Shown in pieces: positions 1 to 11,043 of a stretch of 64,000 bases of DNA (positions are counted from its first letter, which is position 1; every line of letters starts with the position of its first letter). The notes beneath the pieces are model-generated. The model did no database searches and was not told the DNA's origin. It was given only the letters and a program-made list of their open reading frames with translations. Origin of the DNA: Anaeromyxobacteraceae bacterium (lineage in GTDB: Bacteria; Myxococcota; Myxococcia; Myxococcales; Anaeromyxobacteraceae); contig JAULAX010000010.1 in assembly GCA_032654565.1 (NCBI GenBank), positions 32,001 to 96,000 of the forward strand. Direction: 5' to 3'. Both the position numbers and the translations under genes were made by a program.

Positions 1-176
1 AAGCCGGTCACCGGCGACAACCTGATGGCGGCCCTGGCCACCATCAAGGACTGGGACACTGGCGGCGTCACCGGCAAGGTGACCTTCGTGAACAACAAGG
101 CCGGGGTGGGGCGCGTCTACCGGGCCAACGTCGCCAAGGGCATCTTCGAGCCCGCCAGCGACTGGATCTACGTCAA

Positions 177-180
<4 letters not shown>
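1..180 (+). CDS. 3' end of ABC transporter substrate-binding protein (Liv-like), partial
   Basis: Frame 1 is open from base 1 (KPVTGDNLMAALATIKDWDTGGVTGKVTF...WIYVK*); its TGA overlaps the GTG of the LivF-like ATPase (GTGA coupling). Confidence 0.7.
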
Positions 181-973
<793 letters not shown>

Positions 974-986
<13 letters not shown>

Positions 987-2788
987 GCGACACCCTGGCC
1001 AAGCAGCTCCGCGAGCGGGCCCGCGCCGCGCCCCACGGGGTGGCGCTCCGCGAGAAGGAGTTCGGCGTCTGGCAGCGCGTCGAGTGGCGCGACTACCTGG
1101 ACCACGTCCGCCGGGCCTGCCTCGGCCTGGTGGCGCTGGGGATGCGCCCCGGCGACAAGGTGGCCATCCTCTCGGAGAACCGGCGCGAGTGGGTCTGGGC
1201 CGAGCTGGCGGCCATGAGCGGCTCGGCGGTGGGCGTGGGGGTCTACCCCACCAGCCCGGCCAACGAGGTGCGCCACGTGGTGGCCGACTCCGAGGCCCGC
1301 TTCGTGGTCTGCGAGGACCAGGAGCAGGTGGACAAGATCCTCGAGGTGTCGGCGGAGCTGCCGCGCCTGGAGCGGATCATCGTCGTCGACGGCCGCGGGC
1401 TGCGCCGCTACACCGACCCCCGCATCCTCTCCTACCAGGCGCTGGAGGAGCTGGGCGCCCAGCGGGCGGCGGCCGAGCCCGGCCTCTTCGACGCCCTGGT
1501 GGACGCCACCGACCCCGCCGCGGTGGCCTTCCTCATCTACACCTCGGGGACCACCGGCTTCCCCAAGGGGGCGATGATCAGCCACGGCAACATCCTCGCC
1601 CAGTCCCGGGCGGCCGCCGAGGCCACCGGGATCCGGGCCGGCGACGAGGTGGTCTCCTACCTGCCGCTCTGCCACGTGGCCGAGCAGATCCTCTCGGTCT
1701 TCCTGCCGCTGCAGCTGGGGATGGCGGTCAACTTCGCCGAGAGCGTCCGCACCATCCAGGAGGACCTGCGGGAGATCGCCCCCACCGTCTTCCTCGGCGT
1801 GCCGCGCATCTGGGAGAAGCTGCAGTCGTCGATGCTGGTGAAGATGCAGGAGGCGCCGCGCTGGCGCCGCCGGCTCTTCGAGTGGGCCCTGGCCCACGGC
1901 CGCCGCTGCGCCGAGGCCGAGCTGGCCGGCCGGCCCCCCGGCCCGGGGGCGCGGGCGCTGCGCTGGCTCCACTGGCTGCTGCTGGTGCGGGCCCTGCAGA
2001 ACTTCGTCGGCCTGCGCCGGGCCCGGCTGGCCTACACCGCCGCCGCCGCCATCTCCCCCGAGGTGCTCTGGTTCTTCCACGCCCTCGGGCTCCGGGTCCG
2101 CGAGGGGTACGGGATGACCGAGTGCACCGGCTTCGCCTTCGTGCAGCGGGACGGGGGGCTGCGGCCCGGCACCGTGGGGGTGGCCATCCCCGGGCTGGAG
2201 CACCGCATCGCCGAGGACGGGGAGCTGCTGATGCGCGGGCCGGGGGTCTTCCTCGGCTACTTCAAGAACCCGGCGGCGACGGCCGAGACCATCCAGGACG
2301 GCTGGCTGCACAGCGGCGACGTGGCCCAGCAGGATCCCGACGGCCAGCTGCGCATCGTCGACCGCAAGAAGTCGATCTTCGTCACCGCCGGCGGCAAGAA
2401 CGTCTCCCCCTCGATGGTGGAGAACGCCCTCAAGGTCTCGCCCTACCTCAAGGAGGCGGTGGTGGTCGGCGACGGCGAGAAGTTCCTCGCCGCCCTGCTG
2501 CAGATCGACTTCGAGAACGTCGGCGAGTGGGCCACCCAGCGGCGCATCCCCTACACCACCTTCAAGAGCCTGGTGCAGGACCCGCAGGTGAAGCAGCTGA
2601 TCGCCGCCGAGGTGGAGCGCTGCAACGACGGGCTGGCGCCGGTGGAGCAGGTGCGGTCCTTCCGGCTCCTCGACAAGGAGCTCGACCACGACGACAACGA
2701 GGTCACCGCCACCATGAAGGTCCGGCGCAAGACCATCGAGGCCAAGTTCGGGGCGCTGATCCGCGAGATCTACGGGGCCGCCCGGTAG
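974..2788 (+). CDS. Long-chain acyl-CoA synthetase (AMP-binding)
   Basis: YTSGTTGFPKG, EGYGMTE, WLHSGD, IVDRKK, GGKNVSP motifs; start moved to GTG 974 behind GGAGGA (the first part of the 278 ORF is shadow of LivF). Confidence 0.92.
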
Positions 2789-2812
2789 CGCCCGCCGCGG
2801 CGCCCGCCGCCG

Positions 2813-4969
2813 TCAGCGCCCCCCCGCCAGCAGCGCCGTGAGGTCGGTCACCGCCCGCGAGTTGGCGGGGAGGCAGGTGGTGGGCCGGGCCCCCGGCGCG
2901 GTGGAGGGGAAGAGGTACTGGTCGATGCGGGCCCGGGCGGCGTCGGAGAGCGCCCAGCCCAGCGGCGGCTGCGGCTCGGGCGACTCGCCGTCGCACATGC
3001 GGAGCTGGAAGACCGCCCCGCCCGCCTGCAGCGTCTGGTCGATGAGCCGGGAGGCCGCCTCCGAGCCGCGGCCGTTGCGGACGCTCTCGTAGGTCAGGAA
3101 GGTGGTCCCCAGCTCGTACCCCCAGCGGAGCGGCGGGTTGCGCGGGCTGGAGGTGTAGTCGGCGGGCAGGTTGGGATCGCTGCTGATGAGCAGCAGGACC
3201 GGGCGGATGCGCGGCCGGGTGTCGAAGGGGTCGGGGCCGGCGTCCACCGCCCAGGCGCCGCAGGCGAAGGTCCGGCAGGCCTCGTCGAAGAGCTCGATGG
3301 CGGTCTCGGCGCCGTAGTTCTCGAAGAGCCCGCCGTCCTGGAGGCGGCCGGCGATGGCCCCGCTGCGCGGGTCGCGCCACATCCCGGCCGGGCTGACGAA
3401 GGGGAAGCGGGCGCTGTTGTGGGCGGCGGTCGAGAGCCGGAGGTCGTGGCCGAGCACGGCCAGCTGGTCGTTGGAGCGGAGCAGGGTCCGGTCCTCGCCG
3501 CCGAAGCGCAGGTCGCTGGCGACGATGCGCCGGCCGTTGGCGGCCCAGGTGGCGTTCAGGAAGAGGTGCGGCCCGGGGGAGGCGGAGAGCGAGGCCAGCG
3601 AGCCGGACAGGCCGTCGTGGCCGGTGGTGGTGCGGAAGGCCTCCTCCCAGCTCTGCTCCAGCGCCCGGGCCCGGTCGGGAAACCAGGGGAGGGGGAAGAA
3701 GCGCTGCGCCAGGTCGGGGAAGAGCAGCGCCGCCGCCAGCGGCCCGAGGAACTCCTGCGAGAGCACCGCCTGGCCGCAGGCCCGCAGGCCGGCGCGGCAG
3801 CCCACCGAGGGGCCGGCGGTGGGGAGCGAGGCCAGGGCGCGGTAGACGGCGGCCCCCACCGAGCCGCCCGAGACCCCGCTCACCGCGAAGGTCCGCTCGC
3901 CGAAGGCCGGCGACCGGTCGTGCAGCTCGCCGAGCGCGGTGGCCGTCCAGTAGGCGGCCCGGATGCCGCCGCCGGCGGTGGCCACGACCACCAAGGGGGT
4001 CCCCGGTCCGCGCTCCGACGGGGCGTTGCGCCGCCCCCAGGCCTCCAGCGCCTCGTCCACGGTGGGGCGCCGGTCGACGGCGAGGGCGCCCCCCTCCAGG
4101 GGGCGGATCCGGTGGTTGTCGTTCCAGAAGCTGGAGACGATTGCCAGGGCGGTGAGCAGCGTCAGCAGCGGGAGGCCGCGCCGGTCGGCGAGGTAGCTGA
4201 GCAGGCTGCCCAGCGGCAGCCAGGCGATGGCCCAGAGGAAGAACAGGATCACCGCGCCGGTGCGGACCCCCAGCCAGACCGGGGCGGCGTGGCCGAGGAG
4301 GGAGAGGACGGCGAGGGAGAGCAGGAGCGCCGCCGCCAGGGCGGCGGACGGCCTCCAGGCCGGCGGGGTGGCCCCCTCGCCCTCGCCGCGGTGGAGCGCG
4401 GCCCGCAGGGTGGCGTGCGGAGGCTCGCCCGCGAGATCGAAGGGGGCCACGTCCAGCAGGTGGGCTCTGGCCCGGACCGCCGGCGAGCCGGAGCGGCCGA
4501 GGAGCCGGGCCACGCCCCGGGCGACCCGGCGCCGCTGGATCACCAGGGCGAGGAAGAGGAGCAGGGCGGCCAGCGACCAGGCGGCCAGGGCGACGCGGCC
4601 GGCGCGCCAGGCCCCGGCGGCGAGGACCAGGAAGGCCGCCGCCCCGAGCAGGCGCGGGAGCCACTGGCGCACCCGGTTGTAGGACGGCCGGTGGCTGGGA
4701 GGATCGTCGGCGCGGAGGTCGAGCAGGAACCTGGACCAGCCCCAGATGCTCAGCGCCCAGCCGAAGGCGGCCAGCGCCAGCCGGCCGGTCTTCTGGTCCT
4801 CGCCGTAGGCCACCAGCACGTCCCGCCCCTGGTCGCTGAGCAGGAGCCCCAGCCCCACCAGCAGGACCATGGCGCTGAAGCGGCAGCGACCGAGGCAGAA
4901 CTTGAAGGCCCGGTACCAGGCGGCCAGACCGTGGGTGGGGGGCGGGGGCGTCGCGGGGGTGGGCATCAC
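2813..4969 (-). CDS. Membrane-anchored patatin-like phospholipase
   Basis: Several N-terminal TM segments, then GGGIRAA oxyanion motif, GVSGG nucleophile elbow and DGG catalytic Asp motif. Confidence 0.85.
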   Translation of the reverse strand: MMPTPATPPPPTHGLAAWYRAFKFCLGRCRFSAMVLLVGLGLLLSDQGRDVLVAYGEDQKTGRLALAAFGWALSIWGWSRFLLDLRADDPPSHRPSYNRVRQWLPRLLGAAAFLVLAAGAWRAGRVALAAWSLAALLLFLALVIQRRRVARGVARLLGRSGSPAVRARAHLLDVAPFDLAGEPPHATLRAALHRGEGEGATPPAWRPSAALAAALLLSLAVLSLLGHAAPVWLGVRTGAVILFFLWAIAWLPLGSLLSYLADRRGLPLLTLLTALAIVSSFWNDNHRIRPLEGGALAVDRRPTVDEALEAWGRRNAPSERGPGTPLVVVATAGGGIRAAYWTATALGELHDRSPAFGERTFAVSGVSGGSVGAAVYRALASLPTAGPSVGCRAGLRACGQAVLSQEFLGPLAAALLFPDLAQRFFPLPWFPDRARALEQSWEEAFRTTTGHDGLSGSLASLSASPGPHLFLNATWAANGRRIVASDLRFGGEDRTLLRSNDQLAVLGHDLRLSTAAHNSARFPFVSPAGMWRDPRSGAIAGRLQDGGLFENYGAETAIELFDEACRTFACGAWAVDAGPDPFDTRPRIRPVLLLISSDPNLPADYTSSPRNPPLRWGYELGTTFLTYESVRNGRGSEAASRLIDQTLQAGGAVFQLRMCDGESPEPQPPLGWALSDAARARIDQYLFPSTAPGARPTTCLPANSRAVTDLTALLAGGR

Positions 4970-5071
4970 TCCTCCTGGCGCTGCGGCTCCGGGTCGGCCC
5001 CACCGTCCGGGCGGGGTTGGCGGGGAGGGGACTTTGTTGTTATGTCAAACAAAGCCCCCAAGGGAGGTCAC

Positions 5072-7321
5072 GTGCCGCTCCGAACCAGCTGGTTGGTGCT
5101 CTCGCTGGCAGTCTCGCTGACCACCCTGACAGGGTGCGGTGGCGGCTCCACCTGCGCCACCGGAACCGTCAGCTGCGGCGGCGCCTGCTTCAACCCCGCC
5201 ATCAACAACCTCCACTGCGGCGCCTGCGGCAACGCCTGCGGGGACGGCCTGTCCTGCGTCGCTGGCGCCTGCACCCCGCTCTGCCAGCCCACCGCGCTCG
5301 ACCTCGACACCCGGCTGCCCGCCACCCTGCCCACCTGGATGGCCAGGGTGACCGGGCAGCAGGCGCCGACCGGCCTCTGGGGCACCCTCCCGGCGCCGCG
5401 GCCGACCAACACCGCCTGGCAGCGGCTGGTGGTCGGCGACGGGTCGGGCCCCGTCGACTTCCTCCCCTACCAGCTGAAGACCATGGACGCCGGGCTGGCC
5501 GTCGCCCACGCCGCCCCCGTCGCCTCCAGCACCGACGTTCGCGTCCCCGACCTGACCCAGCTCGTGCTCAAGGCCTACCCGGGATCGTTCACCGCCCACT
5601 CGGCCACCGGGTACGACCTCCTCTCGGTGACCATGGAGTACCGCATGACCGGCGGGACCATGACGGCGCCGCTGGTCCAGGGGATGCCCTACGTCACCGT
5701 GGACTACGCCGGGATCAAGCCCTTCCTGGAGATCGGCTCCGACTCCACCGGACCCCGCACCTTCACCGGCGTCAGCGTGGACGGCGCCCCGGCCGGCTCG
5801 CAGCTGACCGGCAGCCGCTTCAAGCTGGGGCTCAGCGACGGCTCCAGCTGGGTGCTCTACGCCTCCAGCCCCATCACCTTCAACTGGAACGCGGCCAGCC
5901 TCGCCTCCCGGGACCCCTTCACCGGGTGGCTCCGGCTGGCCCACTACACCACGCCGGAGGGGCTGGCGGTGCTCGACGCCCACGCCGGCGTCGTCCCCCG
6001 CGGCGGCACGCTGGACGTCTCGGTCAACTGCGACGTGGCCACGCTGCGCTTCGCCTTCACGCCCCCCCCCACCGGCCCCGAGACCCTGCTGATGGCGGCG
6101 CTGCCGCACCACCTGAACCGCATGGAGGCGCCGGCCAGCACCGCCGCCGCCGCCCTGACCTTCGGCTCGCTGCGGGGGACGCTCACCGGCGTGGAGGGGA
6201 GCACCTGGAGCATGATCCTCCCGCTCTCCACCATCGGCTGGAACGCCCCACGCCCGGTGAACCCGACCCGGGTGGCGGCGGTCAAGGCGGCCCTGGCGAT
6301 CGATGCCGGCTACCTCCCCCCCGCCGGCGCCGTCGACGCCGACCCGTACTTCGGCGGCAAGTACCTGGCCAAGCTGGCGCGCCTGGCGCTGATCGCCGAC
6401 GAGCTGGGGGAGACCGCCACGGCGGCGACGCTGCGGGCCCGGCTCGAGCCGCTGGTGGCGGCCTGGCTCACCGGCCGCAACGGCAACCCGCTGGTCTACG
6501 ACACCACCTGGGGCGGGGTGGTGACCACCCGGTCGCTGGCCAGCCCCGGGGCCGACTTCGGCCAGGGCCACTACAACGACCACCACTTCCACTACGGGTA
6601 CCACCTCTTCGCCGCCGCCGCCCTGGCCAAGGCCGACCCGGCCTTCTACGCCAGGCACCAGGACGCCCTGCTGGCGCTGGTGCGCGACATCGCCAACCCC
6701 AGCGGCAACGACCCGGAGTTCCCCCGCTTCCGCTCCATGGACTTCTTCCGCGGCCACTCCTGGGCCTCCGGCCTCACCAACTACCCCGACCTGCCGGACC
6801 AGGAGTCGACCTCGGAGGCCGTCAACGCCTGGTACGGCCTGCGGCTGCTGGGGCTGGCCAGCGGCGACACCCGGCTCGGCAACATCGGGCGGCTGCTGCT
6901 GGCGCTGGAGCTCGACTCGGCCCGCACCTACTGGCAGATCCCGGCCACCTCGACCATCTACCCGGCGGTCTTCGCGCAGAACCGCTGCGTGGGGCGGCTC
7001 TCCGGGACCTGGGCCAACTTCGGCACCTGGTTCAGCGACGGCACCGGCACCGACACCTTCAAGGTCTACGGGATCCAGATGCTCCCCTTCACGCCCATGA
7101 GCGAGGCGCTGCTCTCCCCGGCCTGGGTGGCCGACGCCTGGCCGCTGATGGGGCCGGCGGCCGACGCGGCCGGGGTCTGGGCCGGCTGGAAGATGCTGCT
7201 CCACATGGGCCACGCCGCCGCGGTCGGCGACGCCGCCTGGAGCGAGGTGGCCCCGCTGACGGACGTGGAGGACGGCAACAGCAGGACCAACGCCCTCTGG
7301 TGGGTGGCCACCCGGCCCTAG
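5072..7321 (+). CDS. GH81 endo-1,3-beta-glucanase, lipoprotein with N-terminal Cys-rich repeat
   Basis: GGAGG then GTG 5072; lipobox LTGC; CGACGNAC Cys-rich motif; GH81 motifs PLVQGMPYVT, YNDHHFHYGY, HSWASG, QESTSEAVNAW, YGIQMLP, DGNSRT. Confidence 0.88.
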   Translation: MPLRTSWLVLSLAVSLTTLTGCGGGSTCATGTVSCGGACFNPAINNLHCGACGNACGDGLSCVAGACTPLCQPTALDLDTRLPATLPTWMARVTGQQAPTGLWGTLPAPRPTNTAWQRLVVGDGSGPVDFLPYQLKTMDAGLAVAHAAPVASSTDVRVPDLTQLVLKAYPGSFTAHSATGYDLLSVTMEYRMTGGTMTAPLVQGMPYVTVDYAGIKPFLEIGSDSTGPRTFTGVSVDGAPAGSQLTGSRFKLGLSDGSSWVLYASSPITFNWNAASLASRDPFTGWLRLAHYTTPEGLAVLDAHAGVVPRGGTLDVSVNCDVATLRFAFTPPPTGPETLLMAALPHHLNRMEAPASTAAAALTFGSLRGTLTGVEGSTWSMILPLSTIGWNAPRPVNPTRVAAVKAALAIDAGYLPPAGAVDADPYFGGKYLAKLARLALIADELGETATAATLRARLEPLVAAWLTGRNGNPLVYDTTWGGVVTTRSLASPGADFGQGHYNDHHFHYGYHLFAAAALAKADPAFYARHQDALLALVRDIANPSGNDPEFPRFRSMDFFRGHSWASGLTNYPDLPDQESTSEAVNAWYGLRLLGLASGDTRLGNIGRLLLALELDSARTYWQIPATSTIYPAVFAQNRCVGRLSGTWANFGTWFSDGTGTDTFKVYGIQMLPFTPMSEALLSPAWVADAWPLMGPAADAAGVWAGWKMLLHMGHAAAVGDAAWSEVAPLTDVEDGNSRTNALWWVATRP

Positions 7322-7336
7322 CGACCGGGGCCCGGG

Positions 7337-8581
7337 TCAGTCGGCGCGGAGCGCCTCGATGGGATCGAGGTGGGCCGCCCGCCGCGCCGGCAGGAAGCCG
7401 AAGAGCACGCCCACCAGCAGCGAGGAGAGCGGGGCGAGGCCGAGGGTCCGCGCCGAGAGCTTCATGGGCCAGCCCAGCCAGCCGCCGAGCGCCACGCTGC
7501 CGAGGGCGCCGAGCAGCACCCCGGCCAGCCCGCCCAGCACCGAGAGCGTCACCGCCTCGGTGAGGAACTGGGCCAGCACGTCGCGCGCGGTGGCGCCGAC
7601 CGCCAGCCGCAGGCCGATCTCGCGGGTCCGCTCGGTCACCGACACCAGCATGACGTTCATGACCCCGATGCCGCCCACCAGCAGGGAGATGGCGCCGAGG
7701 GTGAGCAGCAGCAGCTCCAGCGTCCGGGTGGCCTCGATGCGGGCCTTGATGGCCTCCTCGGGCCGGCGGATGTTGAAGTCGTCCTCGGCGTCGAGCCGGA
7801 TCTGGTGGCGCTGGCGCAGCAGGGCGGTGATGGCGACGGCGGCCGGCTTGACCGCCTCGGCCGAGACCGCCGAGACCTGGATGTCGTCGAGGAAGGTCCG
7901 CCCCTTGCCGCGCAGCTTCCTCAGCGAGGTGGTGTAGGGGACCAGCACCAGGTCGTCCTGGTCCTGGCCGGTGGCCGACTGGCCCTTGGGGCCGAGCACC
8001 CCGGCCACCTGGCAGAGCAGCGAGCCGAGACGGACCTCCCGGCCCACCGCCTCGGCCTCGCCGAAGAGCTTCTCGGCCACCGTCTGGCCGAGCAGGCAGG
8101 TGGTGGCCGAGCGCAGCACCTCGTCCTCGCCGAAGGGGGCGCCGCGCGCCACCGCCCAGCGGCGGATGTGCAGGAAGTCCGGGCTGACGCCGCGGACGTG
8201 GGTGTTCCAGTTGCGGTTGCCGAAGGCGGCCTGGGCGTGGTCGTCCACCTGGGGCGAGACCCGCTTCACCTGCGGCACCTCGGCGAGGATGGCCTCGGCG
8301 TCCTCGGTGGTCAGGGTGTTGGCGCCGTGGTTGCCGGTGCGGACGCCGCCGGGCGAGCGGCTCCCCGACTCCACCCAGATCAGGTTCTCGCCCATGCCGT
8401 CGAGGGCCTGCTCCCAGCGCTCGGTGGCGGCCTGGCCGATGGCCCCCACCCAGACCAGCGCCGCCACCCCCACGGCGATGCCCAGCGCGGTCAGCGTGGT
8501 CCGCAGCCGGTGGCGGCGCAGCGAGCGGAGCGCCTCGCCGACGAGCAGCCGGAGCCGGGAGGTGAGGGTGGAGGCGGCCAT
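7337..8581 (-). CDS. MacB/FtsX-family ABC permease
   Basis: LRTTLTALGIAVGV, ISLLVGGIGVMNVMLVSVTERTREIGLRLAVGA, PARRAAHLDPIEALR. Confidence 0.92.
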   Translation of the reverse strand: MAASTLTSRLRLLVGEALRSLRRHRLRTTLTALGIAVGVAALVWVGAIGQAATERWEQALDGMGENLIWVESGSRSPGGVRTGNHGANTLTTEDAEAILAEVPQVKRVSPQVDDHAQAAFGNRNWNTHVRGVSPDFLHIRRWAVARGAPFGEDEVLRSATTCLLGQTVAEKLFGEAEAVGREVRLGSLLCQVAGVLGPKGQSATGQDQDDLVLVPYTTSLRKLRGKGRTFLDDIQVSAVSAEAVKPAAVAITALLRQRHQIRLDAEDDFNIRRPEEAIKARIEATRTLELLLLTLGAISLLVGGIGVMNVMLVSVTERTREIGLRLAVGATARDVLAQFLTEAVTLSVLGGLAGVLLGALGSVALGGWLGWPMKLSARTLGLAPLSSLLVGVLFGFLPARRAAHLDPIEALRAD

Positions 8582-8780
8582 GGCGGAGCGGGGATGGTAC
8601 GGCATCGGGACCTGGCCGGCGCCGTCGTCGCGGCGGCCAATCGCCGCAGCCGGGATCGGCGCCACGGCCCCGGCGCCTCCCTCCCGCCGAGGGGGCTCGC
8701 TGCTTGGGGCCTGTCGGCGGACGCCGCGGGAGCGCAGGATCGGCTCACGAGGGGAGAGGCTCCCTCGACCGGAGGACGTC

Positions 8781-9245
8781 ATGATCCCGTCGATGATCCA
8801 GGCGCACCTGCAGCAGAAGCACCAGCGGTTCGAGCACCACGTCCACGCGGCGGTGATGACCGCCCAGGAGCTGGCGGCGACCGAGCACGTCTCCGGCCAC
8901 CGGGTGGCCAAGCCGGTGGTGATCCGGCTCTCCGGCGGGCTGGCGCTGGCGGTGGTGGCGGCCTCGGAGCGGGTCAACCTGTCGGCGCTCGAGGAGGCGA
9001 CCGGGCTCACCGCCGCGCTGGTGGAGGAGGCCGAGTTCGCCGGCAGCTTCCAGCCTTGCGAGCGCGGCAGCGAGCCGCCGCTGGCGCTGTTCGGGGTCCC
9101 CATCTTCATGGACTCGAAGCTGGAGCAGGAGCCGGCGCTGCTGATGCCGGCGGGGACCCACCGGGACGCCGTCCTGCTCGACACCCACGAGTGGATGGCG
9201 TGCGAGCGGGTCCAGCCGGTGCTCAACCTCGGGCTGCGGGGGTAA
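8781..9245 (+). CDS. YbaK/EbsC (aminoacyl-tRNA deacylase-like) protein
   Basis: GGAGG then ATG; TAQELAA, VAKPVV, CERGSEPP, AGTH motifs. Confidence 0.85.
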   Translation: MIPSMIQAHLQQKHQRFEHHVHAAVMTAQELAATEHVSGHRVAKPVVIRLSGGLALAVVAASERVNLSALEEATGLTAALVEEAEFAGSFQPCERGSEPPLALFGVPIFMDSKLEQEPALLMPAGTHRDAVLLDTHEWMACERVQPVLNLGLRG

Positions 9246-9298
9246 GGGCGTGGAGGGGCGGAGGGGGTCGCACGACCTGCCTTTTCGTCCCCTTTCGC

Positions 9299-9350
9299 TT
9301 GACCCCTGAGGGGGCGGCTCGGTATCACGATGCTTCATGTCGTGCTACCG
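9299..9350 (+). promoter_or_regulatory. Sigma-70-like promoter overlapped by NikR operator GTATCAC-N13-GTGCTAC
   Basis: TTGACC at 9299; inverted repeat CGGTATCACGA (9320-9330) / TCGTGCTACCG (9340-9350) with 1 mismatch, ahead of an operon ending in nikR. Confidence 0.8.
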
Positions 9351-9372
9351 CTCCGCCGCCCCAAGGATCTCC

Positions 9373-9849
9373 ATGCGCCTCCTCCTCCTCGTGGCCGCGG
9401 CCCTGCTGTCCCGGCCGGCCCTCGCCCACGAGACGCTCCACCAGGTCGTCCACGGCAAGGCCGTGGCGGTCCGGGCCTACGAGTCGGACGGCGACCCGCT
9501 GGCCCTGGCGCCGTTCGAGGTCTACTCGCCGACGGCGCCGAAGCTGGCGTGGGTCACCGGGCGGACCGACCGCGACGGATGGCTGGCCTTCGTCCCCAGC
9601 GGCCCCGGGCGCTGGCGCGTCCGCGTCATCGAGGCGGCCGGGCACGGGCTCGACGTCGAGGTGGACGCCGCGCCTCCGGCCGTGGCGGCCGCCGGCGCCC
9701 CGGCGGCGGCGCCCCCCGTGGTCCCGGGCGATGGTGCGCCCGGTGCGGCCTACCTCCTGCGGCCCCTCCTCGGCCTCGGCGTCATCGGCCTGGTCTTCGC
9801 CGCGCTCTTCCTCGCCTGGCGGAAGAAGGACGGCGCGCCCCGCCCCTGA
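9373..9849 (+). CDS. Ni/Co uptake accessory protein (NikL/CbiL-like; signal peptide, C-terminal TM)
   Basis: ALA-H signal cleavage leaves an N-terminal His; GRTDRDG and AAGHG motifs; first gene of the M-Q-O operon. Confidence 0.7.
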   Translation: MRLLLLVAAALLSRPALAHETLHQVVHGKAVAVRAYESDGDPLALAPFEVYSPTAPKLAWVTGRTDRDGWLAFVPSGPGRWRVRVIEAAGHGLDVEVDAAPPAVAAAGAPAAAPPVVPGDGAPGAAYLLRPLLGLGVIGLVFAALFLAWRKKDGAPRP

Positions 9850-9851
9850 CC

Positions 9852-10490
9852 ATGCACCTCCCCGACGGCTTCCTCTCCCCCCAGCTCAGCCTGCCGGCCC
9901 TCGCGGTGGCGGTGCCGCTCGCCGCCTGGGGGGCGCGCCGCACCTTCGGGCGGGAGGCGGCCGAGTCGCTGCCGGTGCTCGGCACGCTGACGGCGCTGGC
10001 CTTCGTCATCCAGACCATCATGATCCCGGTGCCGGGCGGCACCTCCACCCACCTCACCGGGGTGACGCTGCTGGCGCTGCTCTTCGGGCCGCTGGCCGCC
10101 TTCACCTGCGAGGCGCTGGTGCTGCTGCTGCAGGCGCTCTTCTTCGGGGCCGGCGGCGTCACCGCGCTCGGCGTCAACGCCCTGGCCATGGGGCTGCTCG
10201 GGCCGCTGGCCGGCTGGCTGGCCTGGCGGGTGCTGCGCCGGCTCTCCGAGCGGCTGGCGCTGTTCGCGGCCGGCTGGCTCTCCACCCAGGTGGCGACGCT
10301 GGCGGTGGTCGGGGCGCTGGCGCTGCAGCACCGGCTCGACCCGCTGATCTTCCCGGTGGAGCCGGCGGTCACGCTCGCCGCCATGCTGGCGCCGAGCCTG
10401 GCGCTGGCCGGGGTGGTGGAGGGGCTCTACACCGTCTTCGCCCATGCGCTGGTCCGGAGGGCCAACCTTCGTGGCGTCGAAGCCTGCTGA
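9852..10490 (+). CDS. cbiM: ECF Ni/Co transporter S component (NikM/CbiM)
   Basis: Diagnostic N-terminus MHLPDGFL; PVPGGTSTHLTG; QALFFGAGGVTALGVN. Confidence 0.92.
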   Translation: MHLPDGFLSPQLSLPALAVAVPLAAWGARRTFGREAAESLPVLGTLTALAFVIQTIMIPVPGGTSTHLTGVTLLALLFGPLAAFTCEALVLLLQALFFGAGGVTALGVNALAMGLLGPLAGWLAWRVLRRLSERLALFAAGWLSTQVATLAVVGALALQHRLDPLIFPVEPAVTLAAMLAPSLALAGVVEGLYTVFAHALVRRANLRGVEAC

Positions 10491-11043
10491 CCCGCGCGCC
10501 GACCGGCGCCTCCTGCTCGGCTGGCTGGTGGCGATCTTCGCCCTCTCGGCGGTCCGCGACCCGGGCCTGCTGGCCGGGGCCGGGGTGCTGGTGGCGCTGC
10601 TCTTCCGCCGCGGCCTCTGGCCGGTGCTGCGGCGCACGCTCCGCTCGGTGGTGCCGGTCACCGCCGGGCTTTCGCTGGCCTCGCTCGGCTGGGTGCGGCT
10701 GGTGGGCGGGGCCTGGCCGCCGGCCGGGCCGTTCCTGGCGCTGGGGCTGCGCGCCGCGGTCATCGGCCTGCTCACCTTCGCCGTCCTCGACCGGGTGGCG
10801 CTGCTTCCGGCGCTGGCCCCGTTCCCGACCCTGACCCGGCTGCTGGTGGTGACGCTGGCCCAGGTCCACGCCCTGCGCCTGCTCTCCACCGAGTCGCTGC
10901 AGGGGCTCCGCAGCCGGCTGCCGCGCCGCCCCGGGCCGATCGACCTGCTGCGCGGGGCCGGCGGCATCACCGCCATGCTCTTCACGCTGGCCACGCGCAA
11001 CGCCCGCGACATCTCCGACGCCATGCGCTCCAGGGGCTTCTAG
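10471..11043 (+). CDS. ECF transporter T component (NikQ/CbiQ-like)
   Basis: Hydrophobic protein ending AMRSRGF with LRSR motif; lies between the M and O genes. Start uncertain. Confidence 0.8.
   Translation: MASKPADPRADRRLLLGWLVAIFALSAVRDPGLLAGAGVLVALLFRRGLWPVLRRTLRSVVPVTAGLSLASLGWVRLVGGAWPPAGPFLALGLRAAVIGLLTFAVLDRVALLPALAPFPTLTRLLVVTLAQVHALRLLSTESLQGLRSRLPRRPGPIDLLRGAGGITAMLFTLATRNARDISDAMRSRGF

Noticed and set aside
2813..4969. Patatin as a CBASS/anti-phage effector
   Set aside because: No cyclase, Cap or other defence genes nearby; the catalytic domain follows a multi-TM region unlike CapV.
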